Assembly (NCBI GenBank): GCA_023397655.1
Contig: JAEWTW010000026.1
Location: 182,463-246,462, forward strand
DNA from: Bacillota bacterium
GTDB taxonomy: Bacteria; Bacillota; Clostridia; Christensenellales; SZUA-584
DNA length: 64,000 bases
Reading direction: 5' to 3'
Position numbers and translations under genes: made by a program. The stretch's first letter is position 1. Each line of letters begins with the position of its first letter. The notes under the pieces were generated by a model, which ran no database searches, was not told where the DNA came from, and saw nothing but the letters and a program-made list of their open reading frames with translations. Positions 38,242 to 45,897 of this stretch are shown here, piece by piece.

Positions 38242-39288
38242 CTACCACCCCGCTGTTTGTTCATTTTTGTCCTCAGCCCAGCGTAAAGTAGGTATAACCT
38301 TCATCGTTATGGCTCGATTCACATGGCCACTGTGAGTAATCGGTTTGTTCACTAAGCCTTTAATCTCCGTTTTAGATTGTTCTCTTTTATATATCCGTTG
38401 TGAAAACCCGTATTCTGCCGCCTTTACGCTAATGTTTTCCCACTCGTGTTTTACGGGAAAACGTCGGCTATGTTTGCACGTTGCGATGCGCTCGAACACA
38501 GTAAAATCCTGAATCCTGCCCGCTGCATCTGCACGTATCTCCTCAGGCCCGCACAGTACCAGCAAAGCCAGCCGCCAGTCATCCGTGATATCGGCCGCGC
38601 TCACCATTCTTGCGCACTCTTCGCATACGGCCAGGTGCAGCGTCTGCCCCATAATCTCTGCAGCGAGCGCCTTATCACCTGTTTTGCGGAGCGCTTTGAC
38701 GCATATATAGGGTTCTTCGGTATTACGCGCCATCCATGCCGCGGACGCGGTATTTTGCATATAGACAGCAATGCACAAGCGCAAGTCCTCGGAATCCGCC
38801 GCATCGAACACAGCCTGTAGGTAATCCTGGTCTTCTATCCGAATCAGCGCATTAACGCGCACGGCTTCGTCTTTATCATTCTCGTATATCCATTTCAGCA
38901 GCGCCTGATCCGTCACATAACCTGCTGCTTAGCGGCGCAGTATCTCGGTTCCATACCGCGATACACAGGCGAGGCAGTCTTGAAGCAGAGTATTATGTAT
39001 GGCTGCTCTCCCGTTGGTCATGCAGATATCACACCATGCTCTCGCAAACGGCTCAATCCCCAGCAGCCGGACAACCGCCCGCTCACCAATGCCTTCCGGC
39101 ACCATGTCAGCAGCCAGCCTCATCAGCATAGTAGAATCATTCATCCGATCAACGGCCATGCACCGGATACGCATATCAACCGCTTTGCGCGCCGCGCGGC
39201 AGAGCACGACCTGACGTTTTACCCGCTGAAGCGCTAACTCCGCTTTCCTGTAGTTGGTGGACATCCACGCCGGTTTAAATAGGCCCAT
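38242..39288 (-). pseudogene. disrupted paralogue of the 883-aa gene
   Basis: MGLFKPAWMSTNY N-terminus. In-frame TAA at 38929-38931 where the paralogue has Lys (RRK vs RR*). A frameshift near the 3' end: the shifted frame reads HNDEGYTYFTLG* and ends at 38273. A large internal deletion relative to 35536..38187. Confidence 0.75.
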
Positions 39289-39299
39289 ACAACGTTTCC

Positions 39300-39944
39300 T
39301 TACTCCATCTCCAGATTAAATTCGTCGAAGCAGTGTGCCGCCACGTCGCCGCGCTGTGCAAGCACCTGCTGACAAACGATCACCGCTTTTGTGAACTCGC
39401 TCATGCGTTTATCAGAGGTGTCTATTGTAGCCAGCTCCTCGAAAAAACTCATTCGCCGCAGCAGATCTGCTTTCAGCAGCAGGTAGCGGTTCCAATCACG
39501 CTTCCGGCAACGTCTCATCTTTCGTTGGGTTAATTCCAGACACTTCGCACGCATTTCCCGCGCACGGACATCATCCTCCGCATCATCGCAGACCCATACC
39601 GCACAAAGGTATGCGCGAATCGCGCCTCGTATATCTTTTTGATGCTCACAGTGCAGCGCGCGCTTCTGGAATTGATATCCCAATTGGGGAAGCCCTATAT
39701 CTGCGGTCGCATATAACCGCTCCAGCACTTTGCATGCCGGGCGCGGCCATTTGCTTATATTTTCCGCCACGTAACCACAGTGTGGGCATATCATGATCCA
39801 GTGCTTCATCGTGGAACGTAAAAGCTGTGCGGGACGAAAATCAAGATCAGGCCCAGAAAACGTACTGAAAGACACCAACCACGTTTGCTCACTCGGCTGT
39901 CCACACGCAACACAATAAGCGATTTTTTCTTTTATCGTGCTCAT
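39300..39944 (-). CDS. DUF2225-like zinc-ribbon plus helical-repeat protein
   Basis: CVACG ... DLDFRP ... CPHCGYVA arrangement recalled from DUF2225, followed by a helical C-terminal half. Confidence 0.5.
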   Translation of the reverse strand: MSTIKEKIAYCVACGQPSEQTWLVSFSTFSGPDLDFRPAQLLRSTMKHWIMICPHCGYVAENISKWPRPACKVLERLYATADIGLPQLGYQFQKRALHCEHQKDIRGAIRAYLCAVWVCDDAEDDVRAREMRAKCLELTQRKMRRCRKRDWNRYLLLKADLLRRMSFFEELATIDTSDKRMSEFTKAVIVCQQVLAQRGDVAAHCFDEFNLEME

Positions 39945-40080
39945 TCTGTTATACCCTGCCTTTTCGGTAAACCTTGCTTATCGTCACATAGCTGCCCGCA
40001 TATGACGCAGCATGCGCTTCTCTCTTCCGCAAGCTTCAAGCCTTCCGCCGACAACGTCCGCATTGTGTCGCTCCCCCGGC

Positions 40081-40473
40081 TCAGAAATACATCAGATAAT
40101 CGAGTATCTCCTGCCGTACTTCTTCGTCATACTCCGCGGAAAGCCAAGGCTCCGGGCCCTCGTATTCAAAATGCGCACGCGCCATGGCACGCACAAAATC
40201 GCTCCCGTCCTCTAGCGAGATGCGCAGCAGCAGCGTCTTGTCCTCCAGACGCTTTACCGCTTCGGCGCGCACGCTGTCGCTTGGGTCGCCCTGCACAATT
40301 ATCGCCATACAGCCTTGGTTTTGCAGCTTATTGACTATCTCAAAGCGCACATCCTCATACGAGCTTTTCCTCCACATACGCATCAGGCGCTGATTGTCTT
40401 CTGCTTTTTTTGCCTTCCATAGCTGACAAGCCTCTATGAACCTGTGCCAGCATTCCGTTAGCCCTGTTTTCAT
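40081..40473 (-). CDS. short HEAT-like paralogue (130 aa) lacking the N-terminal motif and HxD tail
   Basis: DSVRAEAVKRLEDKTLLLRISLEDGSDFVRAMA repeat. Confidence 0.45.
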   Translation of the reverse strand: MKTGLTECWHRFIEACQLWKAKKAEDNQRLMRMWRKSSYEDVRFEIVNKLQNQGCMAIIVQGDPSDSVRAEAVKRLEDKTLLLRISLEDGSDFVRAMARAHFEYEGPEPWLSAEYDEEVRQEILDYLMYF

Positions 40474-40514
40474 AGCGGTACCTCCATTGTATGAGCGAGA
40501 TAATCGAAGCCCGG

Positions 40515-41138
40515 TTAATCACCCTGTTCAATATCCTGATTTTCCGACAGCACCGCGTAAGCAGTGCGAAAACCTTCGCACATACGCGCCATTTCCAAAT
40601 AGCATCCTTTTCGCGTATTAAAGTATAGCTTAAGCCAGAGATACTGTGCTTCCCACAGCGTTATCGTATCCTGTTCTAATCCAGAATTCGGGTGGATGTG
40701 AATATCCATTAGTATCTGCGCCAGCACCGCATTGGCCCCCTCGCTGTCCGACGTTTCCACTTCGCGCCGGATCAATTCTTCTGATTGCAGGTATCCTTTC
40801 CATGCTTCTTCAAATAAAAATGTGAGGTCATGACTCTGGCACACCATAAAGAACTTGCACTCCTCGCAATACTTGCCTTCAAACTCCGAATCGCAGGGCG
40901 TCACAAAATCCGTGCCATTTTCTTCGATATCACGGGCGCGCGCCTCCATTTTGCCTGCTTCTTGGTGCATTTTGTAGATACCGGCTATCGTCGGATCGTC
41001 CAGAACGTCACGGTTACTCATAGCCACCCCCGCAGTGCGGACAAACTTGAATATAGTATCCACAGGTACATTCTCCCGAGTCTCCAGTATATCCGCCGTT
41101 TCCCAGCCCCGTTCCATGATAAATCGGGCAATTTTCAT
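40515..41138 (-). CDS. hypothetical protein
   Basis: 207-aa ORF. Its first 125 nt overlap the 41014..41289 ORF. The alternative start MSNRDV at 41021 would give an ATGAGTAA coupling. Confidence 0.4.
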   Translation of the reverse strand: MKIARFIMERGWETADILETRENVPVDTIFKFVRTAGVAMSNRDVLDDPTIAGIYKMHQEAGKMEARARDIEENGTDFVTPCDSEFEGKYCEECKFFMVCQSHDLTFLFEEAWKGYLQSEELIRREVETSDSEGANAVLAQILMDIHIHPNSGLEQDTITLWEAQYLWLKLYFNTRKGCYLEMARMCEGFRTAYAVLSENQDIEQGD

Positions 41139-41289
41139 CCCAGACGGACTCCAGACGCTTATAACGAATCACCGCTCCACAGTGAGAACATATTTCAGGG
41201 TTTCGTTTTGACTCACGTATCGACCGGATAATGAATACCGAAATATAAAGCAGTAGTATGCCAAGCCCATCATTATACCCATGACGCAA
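41014..41289 (-). CDS. possible small membrane-anchored Cys-rich (zinc-ribbon-like) protein
   Basis: TTG start. TM segment GLGILLLYISVFII. CSHCG ... CTCG ... CPHCG. Conflicts with the 5' end of 40515..41138. Confidence 0.3.
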   Translation of the reverse strand: MRHGYNDGLGILLLYISVFIIRSIRESKRNPEICSHCGAVIRYKRLESVWDENCPIYHGTGLGNGGYTGDSGECTCGYYIQVCPHCGGGYE

Positions 41290-41337
41290 CCCCTTTCAAT
41301 TTTCTGTATCCGGATTGAACCAACACTACCGAAAGGT

Positions 41338-41766
41338 TTATTCCCCCAGAGCTTGAAGATCTAAATGCGCCAGCGCTTCCTGTGTCTCAGAGAACCCCAT
41401 ACCGTGCGTGATGCAGTACAGCAGCGCAACATCGCGTTTTACCCGTGGATACAGTTCGTTCTTTTTCGCGATTCTCAGCATTTTTTGCGTTTTTTCCACA
41501 TCCACACCCAACCCAATGGCCAGTTGTATTACCTTATCGCGTGATGGCCTGCGTGTGCCATTAAAAATTTGATGCCCATAGGTTCGCTCAATGCCGGAAC
41601 GCTTAATGACATGCTGTGGTGTCTCACCCATGCTCATGCATAGCTCTCTGATGTAATCTGAAAATGACGGCAAATCCGGCAAGTCCGTATGAGTGATGTA
41701 CTGATCAATGTTATCTGTTTTAAATAGGCTTTCTAGTAAATCGCCGGTGGACATTTTCTTCTCCAT
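41338..41766 (-). CDS. XRE-type helix-turn-helix protein, paralogue A
   Basis: Shares IERTYGHQIFNGTRRPSRDKVIQLAIGLG with the 44311..44757 product (IEKAFCNQLFNGTRKPSRDKVIQLAFGFG). Confidence 0.65.
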   Translation of the reverse strand: MEKKMSTGDLLESLFKTDNIDQYITHTDLPDLPSFSDYIRELCMSMGETPQHVIKRSGIERTYGHQIFNGTRRPSRDKVIQLAIGLGVDVEKTQKMLRIAKKNELYPRVKRDVALLYCITHGMGFSETQEALAHLDLQALGE

Positions 41767-41842
41767 AATGAACCTCCATTTGCATTAACCTTTTACTCGC
41801 AAGAATAAACGCCACAAGGGGCAACTTTCTATACATCTTTGG

Positions 41843-42397
41843 TCAAGCCCTCGCTGTCATCTTTTCCATAAGTCTTTCAAATATGTTGGGTTGTATACAA
41901 TAACGGGGGTCACCTGCTCTCAATGCTGTCAGCACGTCATAAGCTTTCTGCCAATAAAGGCCGCAGATTTCTTCCTTTTGAAATCGCTCCAGATCAATAT
42001 CATTTACTTTTAAAACATACACTCGGTCAATTTCGTTGTTGATAAATCTCGATCCATGGAATTCGGCTTCCCAGCTTACATGCTGATCAAACAGAAATTC
42101 AAGTCCCTTTCCCGGCTTTATACCAAGCTCTTCCTCAAGCTCTCTATTCGCGGTTGTCTCATATGTCTCCCCTTTGGCAACATGTCCTGCACAGGAGGTA
42201 TCGAAGCAATTCGGGAAAGCGTCCTTGTCAGGGCTGCGCTGCTGCAACAGGACAAAAAAGCTGTTGCCTTCCGCGTCATCCCGTACTACCCATACATGGG
42301 AGCTGGCATGCAAATCTCCGTCCCTATGAACTGCATTGCGGTCTTTATATATTCCGGTACCGCTGCCGTCCTCATTAAAAATCTCCAACTGTTCCAT
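41843..42397 (-). CDS. NUDIX hydrolase
   Basis: Nudix box GHVAKGETYETTANRELEEELGI. Confidence 0.85.
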   Translation of the reverse strand: MEQLEIFNEDGSGTGIYKDRNAVHRDGDLHASSHVWVVRDDAEGNSFFVLLQQRSPDKDAFPNCFDTSCAGHVAKGETYETTANRELEEELGIKPGKGLEFLFDQHVSWEAEFHGSRFINNEIDRVYVLKVNDIDLERFQKEEICGLYWQKAYDVLTALRAGDPRYCIQPNIFERLMEKMTARA

Positions 42398-42511
42398 GAC
42401 TGCCTCCTTGCGCTGTTTACAATTGTGGAAATATTATTTTCTATCCTTAAAGTAAAGTTGTTCTCAAATAATATGAAGCTGATAAAAGAATTGTAGCAGT
42501 TTAAAATAATT

Positions 42512-42534
42512 TAAGGTGTGCAGACTGCACACCT
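42512..42534. terminator. hairpin between the kinase and Nudix genes
   Basis: aaggtgtgcag a ctgcacacctt, with A/T-rich runs on both sides (bidirectional appearance). Confidence 0.55.
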
Positions 42535-42559
42535 TTCGGTATTTTTTTGATATTTACCC

Positions 42560-44311
42560 TCACTGATATGTAATTTCTATATTGGTTCCCGTCAGCGCTT
42601 GCGCCGCGCCCCGCATATCCTCGGTGAGCGTAATGTTTTCAAGATTAGGGAGCCGTATAAGGGGTAAAAGGTCAATATCCGGCATATTCCATACTCCCAC
42701 ATTGTTGAGGCTCGCCAGGTTTTCGATCCCCGACAGCGATTTAATTTCTACGCCGTCCAACTCCAAACTCTCCAAATCCTCAATTCCGGCCAGTTCGTGA
42801 AGCGATGCGAGCGAAGACGCCGCGATCTTTAATTGATGTATCGTTTTTCCGTTTAGATACGGCAGGTATTTTTCAGTATCCATATTGATCATATGCAGAT
42901 ACTCAATATCCCCGAGCGAAGCAAGCGGGGAAAAATCATCCGTCAAACAACTGACTAAAATCAGTTCCCTGATGCTTGGGCAATCTGCCAGCGGAGACAG
43001 ATCCATAACGGCGTCACAATCCGTCAATAGAAAATGTTTCAGCCCCGGAAGTTGCCGGATGATTTCGATGTCGGTGACAGGACAAGAGTAAAGTTCCAGC
43101 GATTGAAGGCCGGAAAGCTGCACAAGCGCGGATATGTCTGTAAAATCCTGATACCCCAAGCTTAGTTGCTGAAGATTCTTTAGTTTGGCGATATCGCCCA
43201 GATCAGATATAGCTCCCTCTCCTGCTTCGATCTCACCACTGTTAACCTGCCCGCGCAGTTCGTTCAGTTCCTCCTGCGTTTTTGCGGTATGGCCGGCGTA
43301 GATATACAGCTCCTTAACGTTATTTAGTTCCTCCACTTGAATAGGCTCATCTTCCGACTTGCCAAGCTGAAGACGCACCGCCTGCTCAACAAGCGGCTCG
43401 GAAAAATATGCATCGGAGTTGTTATAGAAAACAGGAGGCCTGATATCGGTAAATCTTCCGATCGCAAACCCTGCATTTAGCAATACAAACGATGCAAGCG
43501 CCATGCCAAGCACCAGCAGCGTCTTTTTCTTTTTGTGCCCGTCGGCGCTTTGAAGTGCTCTTCTAACTTGTTCCGCATCACGGTATCGGTCTTTCGGCGC
43601 AAAGGCCGTACATTTGCGCACGATATGTTCCAATCTGCGGTTCTTTAAGCGTAAAGCCTTCAATGATGTGCGCCCAGTTAGCAGCCAGGAAAGAACTACG
43701 CCCAATGAAAATATATCAGCGCGATTATCGGTTTGAGAAAACCCGTATTGCTCGGGCGGCGCAAATTCCTGCGTTCCGAAGAAAACGGTGTCTGCCCGTG
43801 CGGATTCGTCATACTCACGCGAAATGCCAAAGTCAATCAGCGTCACTTTTCCGCTTTCATCTATTATAATATTTTGCGGCTTTAAATCCCGGTGTATGAT
43901 TGGTGGCTTTTGCTTATGAAGATACGCGAGTATTTCACAAAGTTGTATGCCGATATTGATGACCTGCTTTTCCGAAAGCCGTTCTTTAAGCTGGCTTAAC
44001 GGGTCACCCTGCGCAAACTGACGTACGACACAGAGCATGTTTTTGTTTTGAAACTCCTCCACCAGCTCAGGCAAACCTCTATGATGGAGCTTTTTCAGTA
44101 ATTCATTTTCTGATGCTTGAGATAATAAGGAAGTGTCAGTATAGCACTTTGCTATATAGTCGGTATTGAAGCTGTCTCTGACGAGCAGAGTTTCTCCCAT
44201 CTGATTTTGCGCAAGGCATTCCATAGGCTCATATTTTTCAAGAAAATCCTTAGGATAATAGTTATCGTCATATTCCTTAAGGAAATCATTTAAGATTTCT
44301 TTATCCATCAT
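42560..44311 (-). CDS. membrane Ser/Thr protein kinase with an extracytoplasmic LRR domain
   Basis: YIAKC, HRDLKPQNIII, DFGISRE and APPE kinase motifs. One TM helix (LLVLGMALASFVLL). C-terminal LRRs (LKNLQQLSLGYQDFTDISALVQLSGLQSLEL...). Confidence 0.85.
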   Translation of the reverse strand: MMDKEILNDFLKEYDDNYYPKDFLEKYEPMECLAQNQMGETLLVRDSFNTDYIAKCYTDTSLLSQASENELLKKLHHRGLPELVEEFQNKNMLCVVRQFAQGDPLSQLKERLSEKQVINIGIQLCEILAYLHKQKPPIIHRDLKPQNIIIDESGKVTLIDFGISREYDESARADTVFFGTQEFAPPEQYGFSQTDNRADIFSLGVVLSWLLTGRTSLKALRLKNRRLEHIVRKCTAFAPKDRYRDAEQVRRALQSADGHKKKKTLLVLGMALASFVLLNAGFAIGRFTDIRPPVFYNNSDAYFSEPLVEQAVRLQLGKSEDEPIQVEELNNVKELYIYAGHTAKTQEELNELRGQVNSGEIEAGEGAISDLGDIAKLKNLQQLSLGYQDFTDISALVQLSGLQSLELYSCPVTDIEIIRQLPGLKHFLLTDCDAVMDLSPLADCPSIRELILVSCLTDDFSPLASLGDIEYLHMINMDTEKYLPYLNGKTIHQLKIAASSLASLHELAGIEDLESLELDGVEIKSLSGIENLASLNNVGVWNMPDIDLLPLIRLPNLENITLTEDMRGAAQALTGTNIEITYQ

Positions 44312-44757
44312 TATGTTTCCCCAAGTATCTGTAATCCAAGATCGTGCAGCAAGCTTTGGGTTTTATCAATATTGAAAAGATGATTGATGCAATAGATGAT
44401 GGCGGCATCTCTTTTAAGCCGGGGGTATAACGGGCTTTTTTGTGCAATCTGAAGCATCTTCTGAGTTCCTTCCAGATCAAGCCCAAAACCGAAGGCCAAC
44501 TGAATCACTTTATCTCTGGAGGGTTTTCGCGTTCCGTTAAAAAGCTGATTACAAAAAGCCTTTTCGATAGAAGCTCGGCTTGCTATATCGCTTTTCTTTT
44601 CTCCGCGTTCGTTGCGCATCTGTTCGATATAGTCATGAAAAACTGGTATCTTTAGGTCTACTTGGTTATTTTCAATAAAGTCTTTGATGTCAGCTGTTTT
44701 GAATAGTCGGCGAAAAAGTGTGCTTGTCCTCAACCCCGACCCCTTTTCTTCCTGCAT
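44311..44757 (-). CDS. XRE-type helix-turn-helix protein, paralogue B, coupled to the kinase
   Basis: TAATG stop/start overlap with the kinase gene. HTH segment as in paralogue A. Confidence 0.65.
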   Translation of the reverse strand: MQEEKGSGLRTSTLFRRLFKTADIKDFIENNQVDLKIPVFHDYIEQMRNERGEKKSDIASRASIEKAFCNQLFNGTRKPSRDKVIQLAFGFGLDLEGTQKMLQIAQKSPLYPRLKRDAAIIYCINHLFNIDKTQSLLHDLGLQILGET

Positions 44758-44772
44758 TTAGACACCCTTTAT

Positions 44773-44816
44773 ATGAATAATATTTGATAATAGTCATATT
44801 TTACAATGAATAATAT
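44773..44816. promoter_or_regulatory. two direct ATGAATAATAT repeats 33 bp apart, upstream of the HTH-kinase operon
   Basis: Exact 11-mers at 44773..44783 and 44806..44816 in the AT-rich leader. Candidate operator; no experimental basis. Confidence 0.3.
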
Positions 44817-45000
44817 AACATAAAAGAGATATAGTATCAATTATATTACCTTAATAATATAAATATTAGCTAAAAAACTGATCATGTGTGATCGACAGCA
44901 TTCCACAATTCTAACTCATATAATTTTTTCCTATAAAAGCGCACTATGGAGAATACGTGCCAAATTTCCTACACCATGAGTGGATATATTTAGGCCCTAA

Positions 45001-45810
45001 CTATAATGTCATATCCTTTTCTTGGTCTTTACGTATTATAGACAATTTCTTTGTTGAGCCAACTATTATGCTCCTTACCTTTTTTCTTATTACTTGATCG
45101 TCAAGTTCTGCAACCTTAAATTTCTGCTGCAAGAACTCTTTGACCTCCTGATCAGTAATTGTTGGAGAGCCTTTACATATTTGTCCCCGCTGTTCAACTC
45201 GATTACTACAGCGCCAAATTATCTCTTTATGATCCTTAGCACTTCGCGTAATACGGCGATATACTCCTCCACATTCTGAACATATTATAAGCCCACTCAA
45301 AGCATAGCCGCTGTTATACTTTGTAGCTTTTCTTTCAGAGCCGCCTTCGCTCCGTGTGATATTAGTACGACGAAACTTTTCAGTTTGAACTTCTTCAAAC
45401 AGTTCTTTTGTAATTATAGGCGGATGATTATTATGTGCAACGTGCTGCTTTAATTCTCCGGTATTATTGACTTGTCTTCCGTCACTTACAAACGTCTTTT
45501 GTAGTAAAGCGTCTCCGATATACTTTTCATTTGAAAGCAACTTATCAATTGCCTCTCTATTCCACCTGGGCTTACCCGTTGGAGATTGCACGCCTTTTTC
45601 AAATAGAAAATCGGCTATTTTCCCCAGACTATAACCCAATATATAAAGTTCGAATATACTTAGAACGTTTTTTGCTTCATGCTCATTAATAACAAGATTG
45701 CCTTGAACGTCTTGTTTATAGCCATAGCAGGTTCGATTCGCCATTTTTGAATTGCCATCAGAAAAACCTTTTCTGATTCCTTCTGAAATTAGCTCGTTTA
45801 TTCTGTCCAT
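45001..45810 (-). pseudogene. serine-recombinase remnant: recombinase plus zinc-ribbon domains, no catalytic N-terminal domain
   Basis: Begins MDRINELISEGIRKG...RTCYGYKQD (alpha-E / recombinase-domain boundary). CSECG...C..C ribbon. Still has GGAGGA plus ATG, so it may be expressed. A different lineage from the three LSR copies. Confidence 0.6.
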
Positions 45811-45897
45811 AATCAATCCTCCTAATTTTAAGAAAACAAAAAAGACACAACTTTCTCTTGTGCCTATTGAAATAATCATTTTTATAAATCAGGTTTG

